Assembly (NCBI GenBank): GCA_002633005.1
Contig: NMRA01000377.1
Location: 54,507 to 118,506, forward strand
Direction: 5' to 3'
From: Phoronis australis
Taxonomy: Eukaryota > Animalia > Phoronida
DNA: 64,000 nt
Shown here piece by piece: positions 14,540 through 28,390 of this stretch. Each line of letters begins with the position of its first letter. The first letter of the stretch is position 1. A program made the translations under genes and the position numbers. The notes beneath the pieces are model-generated. The model was given only the letters and a program-made list of their open reading frames with translations, was not told where the DNA came from and did no database searches.

Positions 14540-15637
14540 GTGCTGGTAGTGAAAGTAATGAAACATGCAAGATGGAAATACAGAACAAGGATAAGATTGA
14601 CCCAGACGGTGGCCAGAAGATTGACGCCACCGACGGTGAGAAAAATTCCCCGTGTTCCGTTGTGAATCACGAACAGTCCCCGATGAGTGAAAATCCATCA
14701 CCAAATGAACCAATCCCCTCTGCAGGTAATATGTTGTCCGTGGGTGACACAGAAGCTTGTGACATCATAAGTGATCAAAATGAGGAAAACGGTCGTTTGG
14801 ATGTACAGCCGTCAAAAGAACTTGACGTAGAAGGATACAAACGTTCCGTGAACTGTGAATTCGAGAGCACACTCGAAGTCAATTCCAGCCCAGCCATGCC
14901 GTCAGGGCAATCTATTGGAAGTTCTAGTCAGGAGGTTGAACCTGTCGAAAGTTTACCTTCCGCTGATGGTGGGAAACTTGTGAATTCCTGCGGTAGCAGC
15001 GACATGAATGGGCGCTCAGTGCAAACGGAACCAAGAGAGGAAGAGACTCCCGCTACTCGACCTGTGCCGAGTGCAGATTCCAAGTTATTAGACTCTGTCC
15101 CATGTTCGAATTTGTCAAATGTGGGCAGTGTGTCATCAGTGCCTAAGGACACTGAGAAACATCCTTCATCAACTGATGTGCGTGATGTTGGCCAAGTGGG
15201 TAATTTTCCTGAGCCTGAGAACTCAGTGGCAGACGAAAGTGTTTGTTCGTCAACCTACCCTCCTGTAGATAGCATTGAGACCTCGACTTCCGTTTGCGAA
15301 TGTTCTACTCTCGACCAGTCGGAAACAATTACCGGCTCACTAGATACATCATCATTTAATCCAGTTGTCTCCAAAGTAGAAGAGTCGAGTTCCATTGAAA
15401 ACCACTTGTTGGACACAACTGAGAAAGATGACCCAGTGTCCTGTCAGGAGTCTGTAGCAATAGAAAATAAGCAAATGGACTCAGCAGAGTCTGAAAATAA
15501 GGAGAGTACGCCTCAAAGTCAGATGGGGAGGGAGTGTAGTGTAATGGAATTGGTCAATGAGAGCCATGTGCAGACCAGCGAATCATCTACAAACCACATT
15601 ACTTCTCCCACAAATGATGTGGTAAAAAGTTGTCAAG
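14540..15637 (+). CDS. NCOA6: NCOA6-like coactivator, coding exon 3 (S/E/D-rich, predicted disordered)
   Basis: 1098-nt open frame between CCTCAG| and G|GTAACT. It is phase 1 at both ends and in frame with the neighbouring exons. Confidence 0.85.
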
Positions 15638-16185
15638 GTAACTGATTGTTAGTTAGTAGACTACCTGTTTAAAAGATTCGGTGTCTCATTAAAACCTTGA
15701 ATTTGTTTACGAGTGCTCATCATGGTTGATCATGCCCAAGTTGAATCTTGTGCTGCAAGTCATGATTTTCAGAGAGCATTTGATGTTGATATTTTGGTTA
15801 ATTGTTTGTGAAGAATGAAGGACCAAAACTGGCTACGAGATAGAGTTCATTTAACCCCTCGCGTATTTCGTGCATGGCAAAACATAAGTTTCCAGCGAAA
15901 GCTTCAAATGGTCAGTGATCTGGGGTTGGGATTTAATCTTTTTGCGCAAGATAAGTGTCTATTACTTTGTGGTCGAGTATACTGTGGATTATGTGAATGA
16001 CTGCTTAAGCATATTTTGCACTTGTTGACCCCAGTATTGTAGGTACAAATTCTGGGTCTGAACTCGAAATCTTGAGGTTTTACTCGAGTTTGTGGCTGGA
16101 GTTCAGTGTTTATCACTGCTACTCTGTGCTGTTTATGTAATGCAGAATTTACTTACAAAATGATTGAGGATTATCTTGAGTGGAT

Positions 16186-18166
16186 TATCTCGGTGGTGTT
16201 ATTACTTTTTCAGTCGTAGTGTTCACTGAGTTTTCATGCCAAACATGGTCACGTCAGTGTGAAATGTTTCTTGCTCGGATTAAATTTTGACACAATTATC
16301 TAGGAATTTATTAGGTGCTGTGTGCTGAAATTTACATATTTGAAACTTTAAATTAATGAGATTCCTGTAGCATTGGGGCTAACTGCAAGGACCCGTTGCT
16401 TTAAAAAGCATAGTTTTTGCGTACTGAGCAATATACGAAGAAGACTGATGTTTTCTCTATAAAAATGTCTTTTGTTTTGCAAGTTAATTGGGCATATAAC
16501 CCGAACTAAGTGAATAATCAAAAATTCCTAATTGCGTTTTTGAGACATTACGTAAAGTTTTGCTTTAAAAAAAGTTTTTAGTAAAATCGGCTTACGGGTT
16601 ATTTTGCTATGAATGTACCTTTCTGTACATGAAAATGTGACTTAAAAAATGAGGTCACATGGGAATGATAATGAAGAGTTAGTAAGAAGCATATTTTTAA
16701 AATCCTCTATCTTTCTCCTTTCAGAAAGTATATTTGTTCGATATTTGACTTTGAGTTGATGTCGTTTACTAAGGTCCTAGATAACATTAGAATAGGTGTG
16801 GCAATGGACATCAGAATAGGAATAGTAACATGTGCTAGCATGGAGGTCTTATGTTTGCTTTGTTGTACGTTTCAGAAAAGTCAGAGGAGCCAAAACGTGA
16901 AGAGGCATCCAGCATAAGTGCTTCCCCTGTTGGTGAACCACTTTCTGACTGCAGTGACAAATTAGTGACTGTTGAGAGACTTACTCCATCATCTGTGGCC
17001 ACGTGTAGTTTAGAAGATACCGCAGCAATTTCCTCTAGCAAGGGAGACGTTGCAGTTTCGTCATCTCTGCAGCCAGAGGGTAGCGNTTGAGTTCTTTTAA
17101 AAAACGGAAAATGTCAAGTAACGAGGTTAAGTTCCCTGGCCCTGGCATCTTATAAACTCCGAATAAACTATCGAGTCGTAGTTGCTAAGTTGTCATAACA
17201 CCACTTTGCCAGACAGCTGAGGTGTGGAGTGCCGGTCACTGTCAATTCTTTGTTGATTGAATTGTGTGTGTATCTCGGTGGTGTTATTACTTTTTCAGTC
17301 GCAGTGTTCGTTGAGTTTTCATGCCAAACATGGTCACGTCAGTGTGAAATGTTTCTTGCTCGGATTAAATTTTGACATAATTATCTAGGAATTTATTAGG
17401 TGCTGTGTGCTGAAATTTACATATTTGAAACTTTAAATTAATGAGATTCCTGTAGCATTGAGGCTAACTGCAAGGGCCCGTTGCTTTAAAAAGCATAGTT
17501 TTGCGTACTGAGCAATATACGAAGAAGACTGATGTTTTCTCTATAAAAATGTCTTATGTTTTGTAAGTTAATTGGGCATATAACCCAAACTAGTGAATAA
17601 TCAAAAATTCCTTATTGCGTTTTTGAGACATAACGTAAAGTTTTGATTTAAAAAGTTTTGAGTAAAATCGGCTTACTGGTTATTTTGCTATGAATGTACC
17701 TTTCTGTACATGAAAATGTGACTTAAAAAATGAGGTCACATGGGAATGATAATGAAGAGTTAGTAAGAAGCATATTTTTAAAATCCTCTATCTTTCTCCT
17801 TTCAGAAAGTATATTTGTTCGATATTTGACTTTGAGTTGATGTCGTTTACTAAGGTCCCAGATAACATTAGAATAGGTGTGACAATGGACATCAGAATAG
17901 GAATAGTAACATGTGCTAGCATGGAGGTCTTATGTTTGCTTTGTTGTACGTTTCAGAAAAGTCAGAGGAGCCAAAACGTGAAGAGGCATCCAGCATAAGT
18001 GCTTCCCCTGTTGGTGAACCACTTTCTGACTGCAGTGACAAATTAGTGACTGTTGAGAGACTTACTCCATCATCTGTGGCCACGTGTAGTTTAGAAGATA
18101 CCGCAGCAATTTCCTCTAGCAAGGGAGACGTTGCAGTTTCGTCATCTCTGCAGCCAGAGGGTAGCG
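16186..18166. other. Near-identical duplication 16186-17085 / 17271-18166 across N17086; probable haplotype overlap artifact
   Basis: The copies differ by a few SNPs/indels in the intronic part, and the first copy ends exactly at the N. Confidence 0.85.
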
Positions 18167-21100
18167 GACTTGACCTGATATGTAGCCAGTACAGTACAGA
18201 TGGCGCTAGTGAAGCTAGTCCGCTTCAGCAGTTGCAAACGGATGAGATGCCGTTGTCCGTGGAGACTGATGTATCTCAGATGTCATCATCGGATTGTGAT
18301 GCTCACAAATCAAGTAGCAATGTAGTTGACTTACCAATGTGCCACGATAAGGACGTACAGTCCCCGGTTCAGGATGAGGAGACTATCGATCATGAACTTG
18401 TCACTGAATCCCATCCAAACGCTGAACAATGTGAGAATGGCGACCGACAGGTTCGTGATGGTAACATCTCCAGTGGGACCAAAACAGTGGAAAGCGTGCC
18501 CACTGACAATGCCCTCGTCTCGAATCCAAAAGTAGCAGCTGCGGAACCAGAAGACAGTTTGGCCGTAGCCAAGAACTGTGAGGAAGAATCGGGGATCACA
18601 GACTCCGGCAAAGTATCCAGTGATGATTCAGCGACGTCGAAACACAGGCGGAAGTCTGGAACAAAGGGCATCTCTATACTGAAACCTCTCATTGATCGCA
18701 ATGCTGCCCTTGAAAAGGAGGCTGTAAATGAGAGTGACAGTACAAGGTCCGAGTCTCTGCCCATAGTGATTAAAGTGGGCCAACAGCACAGCTCAAAGCC
18801 ATCAGCTCCCTCTGGTGCAATAAGTTGTACATCAGCTCCACAGCCGACCACTACCAGGCCATCTTCATTCAGTATAGACAGCATCTTGGATAGCAGTGGC
18901 CACAGCACGACTGCGACAATGAAAGACAACATCCACAGCACTTCCAACCGGCTACATTCAGCCAAGACGCCAGCGGTACACGCTTTAGACAACACAGTCG
19001 CCGGGTCGCAACCGATCACTGCCGCAGTTCTGTCGTCAGTGACCTCCAACATGCTCAACAACTCCATTGATTCTATGCAAGCGATGCCGACAACCTACAG
19101 TCGAGCTCCGCAGCAGTCAAGTATCCACCTCAACTTCCTGCAGAAGTCTCTGCACACGCCCCCGTCCGTATTGAACTCTTACTCGGGACCCCAGTTCGCC
19201 ACCAAGCTGACTGATTCCATACGCGGCGTGGTCAAGACCGATGCCTCATTTGTGCACGTGGTTAAGCCCATCGCCTCGCACCCAGCAGCGGGCATCAAGA
19301 CGGGCATTGTCCAACCCATGGTAATCAGCAACATGCATCACCAGCAGTTATCCCCGGGACTAATGTCGACGAAGGAAACCTTGTCACTGGTCTTGTCGCC
19401 TCCCCTAAGACTGTCGGCCTCGGGTGATCTGTCTCCACCGCTCAAGTCAAAGACATCAGCGTTCTCCGTGCCTGGTTCTGTGTGTGAGCAAGAGAATACT
19501 GCCTATGCCCCGCGTTCGATCGTGCACCCTCCGCAGTTGTCGAGTCTGGAAATACTGGCTAGCGCTGCTCGAGCACACGCTGCCATCAGTCAGCAGTCGA
19601 AGTTGGTGTCGCCTTCAAGTGTCATACAGACCATTGGAAACCACGCAGTGAACAAGTTGTCTGTTGCGAATGACAGCACCTCGTCTCTGCAGATTTCACC
19701 CAGTGTCAAACAGGCGGTCAGAAAACTCGAGTCACCAATCCTTAAGGAAGGCAGTTCGTCTGTGAAGGTGTCAGCTGATGTTACCCAAGTAGTGAACCGC
19801 CCTACCGAAGATAAGTTGCCAACAGTAAAGGATAGCTCTTTGTCTTGCCATACTGCACCTAGTGTCATACCCACAGTTACTAACTCAGAAGACGAGTTGC
19901 CACTTGTAAAGGATAGCACGTTGTCGACCAGTGTCAAAGAAGTGATGAAAAACGCCGTGGAGAATGACCTGCCAGCTGTGAAGGACAGTGTATCATCAGC
20001 GTCCATCTCAGAGTCTTCTGTCGCATCAAAAGCTGAAGATGGCCTGTTACAGCCATCCGACCAGCAAGCAGTGAGCCAGTCTGAAGGCTCAAAGTCTAAT
20101 GCAGTCGTCTGCAATGGACCTGGGCATCTGACGGCGTCTGCTTCGAAGCGGAAGGCAGACGACATTGATCAGCATAATTCCACCTCTTCGCAGTCGTCGG
20201 ATGTCGTAGAAGTGCCTGTGAAGCGAACAAAAGAATCTCCTGTTGAAGAGAAGGACGGCAGTTCTGAGAAAAAATCTCCGGAAGTCAACCACAATTGCGT
20301 GTATACGGCACAGGTGGAAAGTGAGTGTGGTAACGCTGGAGAGGTCACAGAGCAGTTGCCTGACACGGAAAGTGCACTACATGGGGAGACACCTGATCAG
20401 AGCGACATGGACAGGAGTGAAGATGGGGAAGTGGACCTGTCACGTACACGGCATGATTCGAGCGAGTCAACCAGCACCTGTAAGTCGGACAGAGATGAAG
20501 AGGGCACACGAGCGACGAGGCAGTCCAACAAGTACAGCGAAGTGTCGCCGCGAAATGGTAGGTCACGTCGTGGAGGCGCTAAGTTGTCGGAATTGGAGAG
20601 TTCAGCCACTCCGGTGCGGTCGTCCACTAGGAGTACTAGGCGCCGTGTATCAGAGAACTCGCCAGACTCAAAGAACTGTGATGAGAAAAAGCCAGACATT
20701 AAGTCTAATTCCAGTGCCAACTCTACCAGTGACAACCATGCTCCTGATGCTAAGGCACCTAGGGCCAGTCGGAATGCCAAGCGTAAAGTCGCCGGTGAGG
20801 AAGCGAATTCTGAAGGTGGCTGCGAGAAAAAGAATCGCACGGAGGAGGACGGAGAGAGTGAGTTGGCAGTGAACACGCGCAATACCAGGGGAGGCAAGTC
20901 CAACCAGCGAAACAACACTTTGGTTAAGGAGGCTGCCATAGTGGAACGGGTCGGAACGCGCCGTGCTGGCAAAAAGGAGGAGCCCGTCCTGCCCGCAGCC
21001 AATAGCAATGCAGGGAAACTGGCCGAGGCGGAGGCGACTGGTGGAGCTGCTTCCTTGACGGCAGCTGAGAGGCGATCAACTAGGTCAAAGGGTCAAACTG
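17957..21100 (+). CDS. NCOA6: NCOA6-like coactivator, coding exon 4 (S-rich, with basic C-terminal part)
   Basis: 3144-nt open frame between TTTCAG| and G|GTAAGT, phase 1 at both ends. Confidence 0.88.
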
Positions 21101-21975
21101 GTAAGTAACTTAAATATGAATTTCATGCCTAAGTGCAAAATACATAAAATCAATATTGGATGTTTACAATACATTTTCATGAACGAGCATCAGTGCCTGG
21201 GGTCCAATCTTTTTACTCAAAATCGAACTTGAAAATATTTCTGTCATTTTTCTCCATGATAGCAAGTAACAGCATATGTTCATGTTGTTGTCGTGAACAT
21301 ATTTTGTCATTTTTCACTCTAATTGATCACATTTGTTTTAGCCCAGAACAGAAGCCCAAACTTTAAAACTAGCGCGTAAGTGAATACCAACATATTCATC
21401 CAGTATTTCGGTTTATTGCTTTAAACCATTCTCAAGGAAACCACTCAAACTGAATATAAATCAAAATAAGTGTTTATACTGTGCTTGAGCATATTATAGT
21501 TTACAAGGTTTACTTGGTGCTCCCAACACTAAAGCTACAAGTCTTTCCTTGAAATCTCATGTTTCTACTCGAATTTGTAGTTCAAATCTTGAGGTCATCA
21601 AGTGTCAACTTAGACCGCACACTCATCTACCTAAACCACTAAATACTCCAGCTCAGAATAATAGACAATTATCTTAAGTTTGTATTAGAATGGAATATAT
21701 TTCGAGTTCGATTTCAATTAAAAAGGTTGGACTCTGAGCCGAGGGCTAGATGCCTGTAGATTTATTTCCCATCTGTTTGTGTTATTGACACAGAGTACTA
21801 CTTGTAGCTGGGATGTATATTGACAGTTTACACTGTATCAAGTTCTTATTAGGAAAATCCATGTTTGGCTATACATTTGAGTTTTCCCTACTTGACAGGT
21901 TCTTCCTGCATCGGTGTCCACTCGCTCTGAATGCGTATTCAAAAGGTTTAACCAATCTGTTTTTTGTTGTTTCAG

Positions 21976-22031
21976 ATCTCGTGGCTTTGCCCAATCCCTA
22001 CAGGGTGCGCCCTCCAAAGTCAAAGAGGTGA
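21976..22031 (+). CDS. NCOA6: NCOA6-like coactivator, last coding exon (DLVALPNPYRVRPPKSKR*)
   Basis: Strong acceptor TTTTTTGTTGTTTCAG|, phase 1, TGA ending at 22031. The summed CDS is 6603 nt, or 2200 aa. Confidence 0.75.
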
Positions 22032-25000
22032 CACCGTTGACCCCGATTAAGTTCTACTGCCAGACTTGAACAAAACCGTGGTTTTCAGTTTTGTCGCGAT
22101 TTAGTCAATGTATATCTCACAAGAGTGTAGTTCTTATTGTTATTATTATCATTGTCAATTAGTTTGTGTACCGCTCGTATATTTTGGTTAGAATTTGCCA
22201 CTATCGTTTTTTACGGATTAACTTGCAAGTGGTTCCCTGTTTTGTTTTCTTAAGTGTACAGGCGATTGATTATCCAGGGATTTAGTTGCAATGAAGTCTA
22301 TTGACAGTCTAATATGTTTACGTTGTTCTTAGTTGGTGTAGCGGTGTTCAGTTGGCTGTGTACACACTTTAATCCTGTGAAATTTGTACATAAAAAGTAA
22401 GGGCAGTAGACAGTGTATTGGCAAGGGAGACAACTCTCCGATGTAAATAGCTCTGGTGTAAAGGCTGTGTACAGTGCTAATTTATAGTCACCTATTGGTA
22501 AACGTACAAGATGCTATATATTTTTAGCAAGAGATTATCGTATTTTCTGTGCTTGAATGCATTTGTGTTCCGATAACAAATGTGTCCAGTTGCGGTCAAT
22601 GTGCGAGTCCAGGCAATGTAGACTTGGGTTAATAATTTAGAATTAATTTCCTGACCAATTTCTATTGGTAGTCGTTCATAAGTGGCTTATTCGGAATCGT
22701 TCTCCATGGTGATAGCAACAAGAAATTGGCTTGATGGTGAGACTTTTCTCAGTGGTTCATCTTGTAAATTATTCTGGACTGTTAACGGAAGTGTCAATAT
22801 ATCTCGATAGAGAAAAATCTCAAGCTATAGTATGTTGAGCAGGGAATAAATTTTAGTTATCTTGACTATCACATTCACAACTCTGTACGAGAAATTTGTT
22901 AGCTGCTGTACCATTCATTTTTATTCCCATGCACCATTGGTTCTGTGGGAGCATGTACGCCGTTTCTTATGGAGTGAAAGTGGGTAGTCGAGATAAGTGT
23001 AATAATTTGCCCTTTTTCGTTTAAGCCCACCTGGAGGTTCAAGCTTTTTTAACTAGATTGGCAAGTTTGCACTTCCGAGGTATGCACTGCCCCCAGTGGC
23101 CAATTGAGTAACTAACCCTGTAAGTAATTTTGTGGCAATTTCAAATCAGGTTGCCATATTGTATTATGGTGGTCTTGAATGTTTTCATCGTGTTTTGAGT
23201 AATTGTGCGAGGACTCCTTGTATTGTGTATTGTAATGTATAGTATATTCTGGCCACCTTGTAAATCATTGCATTTATTTTGTATTTTTTATACACTGTAT
23301 TCCTTGTGTAATATAATACATGTCAATTTAGTATCACCTATTGTTGATATTCTTCAGAAAACCAAGAGCATATTTTGACGAGTTATGTTCATCAACACTA
23401 AAATTTCCTTGAGAATAGTAGATAGTGCAACTTCCCAAGTGTCCTTCGGCTTGGATTGGAAAGAAAGAGTGGAAATCACCAACGTTCGAAAATAGCACAC
23501 AAATTTCGTTTGGAATACTTAAGGTTGAAATGTTTTCAAATCTGTCCCAAAGCTGTTTTTTCTGTCGAGTTTGTTTAAATTTCTTTTTCACAGAAAGGGT
23601 CACTGAATAACAAATGGACAATCACAATTTCTTTGGTATTCTGCTAACCACCTGAACAACATGAGTTGCACACTTGTGAACATCGCTGACAGACTTGTAA
23701 ACCTGTTTTACCAACACTAACTTATGCCTGTACTCGCTAGTTGCCTTATGCACCAAAAAGCACCATCATGGACTACCAGCCGTTAACAAAAAGTGCTCAT
23801 GGACAGCAGATACTTCACCAGCACCTGTAACAATGACCCATGGACCTGTAGACCCTGACCATGGACCCGTCAACATGGCCTATGGACTCAGCTGCACCTG
23901 CACACTTAACAAACAAGCCTTTATGAGTTGGAAAGACACTAAAAAAATCTAGAGATTGTTTATTGCAGTTAAGATAGAATACATAGTTTCCTGAGCAGTA
24001 GAAATAAAATTTAGTCTCGTTCACAAAGAAAATCGATTCCAGCTTGTACAAGTGATCTAACAAAGTTTGAGAGCAATAAAGATGGTAAAATGAATGCAAC
24101 TTCATCAGCTCTCACAATATCTATACTTCTTACACAATCAAATTGCTTCAACCACTCATTTCAATGTAAAAATAACTACTGTAAAAATTCTCTGAAGGAA
24201 ATTCTCGCCATTCATGAACATGTCTCCAAAACTAGGATGCTTAAAATTTAATCCGCTTCATAACACTGTTGGCTGTTGTCTGGCATCCATATACAGTAAA
24301 GTTGAACATTAAAGCAACCTGACATTTGAGTGAGGCTATAATTGTTCTTTGAGTACCAATGAGCTCCATGTTGCAGTCCGTAACCGTGACTATGTCTCAA
24401 CAAAAAGCAAAATCACTTGACCGAAAAGCAAGTGTCTCGCGATAGTGCTCAGTAGCTCACCAGCGAACTGTACCAAAAAGGTAGACACTGCAATGATTGG
24501 TTGATGAGGTTGGAATGTTGAATTGTGGGATAGAAGCCACCTTTTCCGTTCTGTGCGGAAAGATTTCTTGGCATATGTGCTTGGCAAGTGTTTGGTCTAA
24601 GGAATACAGCCCCAGTGGAACTCTACATAATTATGTAAACATTTAAGCACATAAAGAAGTAAGCACAATCAATTTAACATGCCCGACAACCAATTTCTAC
24701 CTTCACTATGCTGAACCAACACCAAAAGAACTTTAACAATCTAGCATACCGTTAAACAAGCACATTGTTGACATATAGGTACAGGAGTCTGTTTTAGGAA
24801 ATTGGATATAAGTAACAAAGTTTGAATTTTAATTGAATTTCTTGAGCTTAATAAGAGTCTTAGTCAAGTACTTGTAAGCACATCAGTGTAGCTATGATGT
24901 AAAAGACAGATTAGCCAATAAACTTACATTTATACAATATTCTCAGATTTTCTACGTTGATGAAGTGAGACTATAAATTATAATTCCAAAATAGTTGTGC

Positions 25001-27537
25001 GTAGTGCAAGACAAAGTTTCTGATTTCAGTGTTCAGTCACTTTTCTGGAAACAGATACCAATCCTTCCATTCGTCAGATCTTAAGTTAAGTCGACAGTCT
25101 AAATCTATAAGTACAGTATATATGGCACAATCTAAGACACAACACCCTAATCATCAACTTAAATCACAAAAAATTGCCAAAATTGTCATTTTCTAAGACT
25201 GATTACCCCATGATGGGAACTTCGCCAAATAGTGTTTTGTGACACAGCTAAGAATAGAATTTCATGTTTCAGTCATGTTATGTGCCAAACAGGCAAAGAA
25301 TTATTATAGTTTTCAAAATAAACATGAAAGACTTCAGAAGACCTGTGCCAAATTTAGACAAACTTCTTGTCAGAATTATTTGGCAGTTTAATAAGACCTT
25401 GTGGTAATAAAATAGACCTTTTGGTAAACCACACATGAGGGTAACCCAATAACTTCATTGACAGCTTCTGAAAGTGTCAGGCGAACATGGATCAACTCCC
25501 ACCATATTGACTTAGTAGCCAGTGACAGTTCAAAACAATTTGATATTAGAGCCCCCAAGACACTGCAATACCTCAATTGGTTTCCATAATATCAGAAAAC
25601 TCATTAGTTAATAGCGATTGAGCAGTAATTGAAAAGAAACCACCAATACACTAATTGGAGTTTGTAAAATTTCCCATTTTCCTAAATCCTAGCATGCTGG
25701 GATATGCCCACTACAAGAATACATGTTCCCAGTGAAAACAAGAAAGTAAGTGGTAAAAAAATAACGACATGTTGAAGTGTTGTCATATTAAGGCGTGTCC
25801 AGTATTGTTGATCAGACTGAAACAAAGAATAAAGCTTAAAATCCCAGAGTCCCTAAAAATTACCGTAAATATTAATCTCTACTTTGGCCAGTTCGTAGAA
25901 TTTGGAACACAGAAACTCCCGCAATAACTGAATTTATCTCTAATTAGGAACAAAGCAGACTTTGCCATTAACCATAACTCTCAAATTTTGTACAATGTAG
26001 ACTAGAGTGTTTAATTTTGCCATTTTTCCACCGAATCTTGTATTTGGTACTGCCAATATTGCCTATTTCTATAATTTGGAACGAGCCGCAACCCTGAGCG
26101 AAATAGCTAACTTTTCACTGTCCCAGACTGGAGAATTTTAACCGTAATTCATTTAAGACCAATTATAACAAACAGCTGGCTTGGCATAATATCATTAGTC
26201 TGGTGAACTATCATTGGTGTCTTACTATGATGCTGTATGTAGGTCACTGTCACACTGTTCTGGTCTTGTTGGATGGCCCCGAGTTTGTTTCTGATGATGA
26301 TGTAGGACATATCTTAACATGTCAAAACTAAAACAACCCCTTACTTGTCTTAACGATATTCATGTTCATCTAAAAATCTAAAAATTTAGAACTTGAACTT
26401 AATTCAATTTGAACCTGTTTAAAAAGTAATATCAGTGTTGGCAAATCTGTTTCTTCAGACATTCCAGTTAAATTGATGCCGTAAAAGCTGAAATATTAAA
26501 CTATTTTTCAAAACTTCGGTACACTAACTTAGAAATTGACAAAGACACTAAATGTGTAAAATGACATGTCACATAACATTCAGATCTCAAGTTCAGTCAG
26601 CTACAATCAATAAAAATTGCAGATGTTTTCGCGTCACCTGCCAAAACAAATCCAAATCTTAGTAGTTTAACCTTGCTTACAATAACAGTAACAACTTGTT
26701 GATAGTCTGTGTCAATATGAATTTTTGAACAAAGTAAAGCACCACTAAATTTCACCAGTTAAGCACATAACAAGTCTCATCTATAGAAAGATATCACAAA
26801 ACATAAAACTGTTCAAGAAGTAAACCCTTTATGTCCTTGCAGTCAATCAAAGTTCACTTCAGTGACGGCCATTTTGTCCCACCAGAAAATCAAAAATTAC
26901 ACTCTGCCGCTCATCACAGATGAAAAGCTACAACCTCAGCTGTCTGTCTCAAGTCAAAGTTACCTCGTACCATTATTATCGGCACACACTCCAGCATGGC
27001 AAAATATTCACTGACCAGTAAACCATGTTGTAACTTTGTAGTAACCGGTGCAATGTAGTACACACAGTTACAATAAGCTACTGAGTGATTTTCTGATGTC
27101 TAAATAATTTTCATAGGCTACCAAAGGTAAGCCACTAAGCACATACAATGTGGAGCTACTCTTGCCAGGTAAAGGAAATGTAACAATTGAGACATTCACC
27201 TCAAGGTCTCACGAGGCAAAATCTTCACAGTTCATTTTGTTGCAAACATAAGCCGAGTTCATTTGAAAACACAGTGCAAAGCTCTTCATCCGTGCTGGCC
27301 CTAGCATAACAGCACTAATCTGGTCAAACCATTAGTCAAAGTCATGAGGATATTTCTAGTTAGCAGCACTCAATCTACTCATGAAAGCAATCGATAGCAA
27401 TTTTTAGTGGCGAAACAAATGTCACGGGCCGACCTGCCAAATTCAGTCGCATTTACCCATTAGATTGCAAAATGGATCATCACTGTCTGCACATGCTCAG
27501 ATGAAGAACAGCGAACATACAAACCATGTGGAATGCC

Positions 27538-27800
27538 TGCGGATCACTTGTATTATATGCTATTGCGCAGGTGTAACAGAAGTGATCTCTTCACACGTTG
27601 CCCCAGTACGTACATAGACGTGTAGTTGACACCAGAGAAACTGATTGAGAGCAACTTGCTCTACCTCTCAAAACGGTGTAGAAAATGGCCGTCACGGTGT
27701 CAACTTTCTCTGTGTCAGTCGTGTTACATACATGCATGCGCCCAATTGGCTGTTCCGTGTTATCAAGTGTGTTCTGTGTAAATGCGGCTAACGAAATCCA
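27538..27800 (+). repeat. Dispersed repeat; second copy at ~33035-33180
   Basis: Shared GCAACT.GCTCTAC.TCTCAAA...GTGTCAGTCGTGTT...TGCGGCTAA. Confidence 0.7.
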
Positions 27801-28390
27801 TTCGTCATATGGCATTATCATGTCTAATTAGGAATGGAATCTTGCCACATTTGGGGTATTGCAGACAGAGGGAGCTGTGAGCTGAGCTGTCTGCCTCAAG
27901 TCTACAGTAGCTACAGGCAGCTTACACCACGGCAAGAACAAATGTTTAGTTCATTTGATTGTCCTATTTTCATGCCTTGAGCTGAACCGTGAGAGCAGCT
28001 ATCGTTGACTTGAAGAAGACAGCTCAGCTCCTGGCCGTCCGTCTGTTGTGCCTCTCCCTTACGGAAATCAAAACGAAGTGTTTCACCAAAAGATGGTGCT
28101 GCTTGGGGCTTTAAAAGTGCATAATAAAGTATGCAATAACATATATTTTTAAATGTCTAACTGAAAGAGAAGTTTTGAGTAAAGTGATATGCATTGAAAT
28201 TCATTTTTTTTGTATTTTTCCCAAAACTGAAGAAGAAAGAGTATTTTAAATTGAAAGGGAACTAGGGACATATGAATTTAAAAATCTAACCATGAGCCCC
28301 AAGCACCTCACTCAGTATATACCATATACACATACATAGAATTGTACCCAACAAAGTAATTTAAAACTTAACAATTACAAATATAAAACC

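Noticed and set aside
16876-17085. Duplicated/alternative NCOA6 exon (ORF 16851-17090)
   Set aside because: It is identical to the start of exon 4 and ends exactly at an N, so a contig overlap explains it better.
18390-21008. Long antisense/overlapping ORFs (191-225 aa) in NCOA6 exon 4
   Set aside because: These are shadow ORFs expected opposite Ser-rich coding sequence; no recognisable domain is present.
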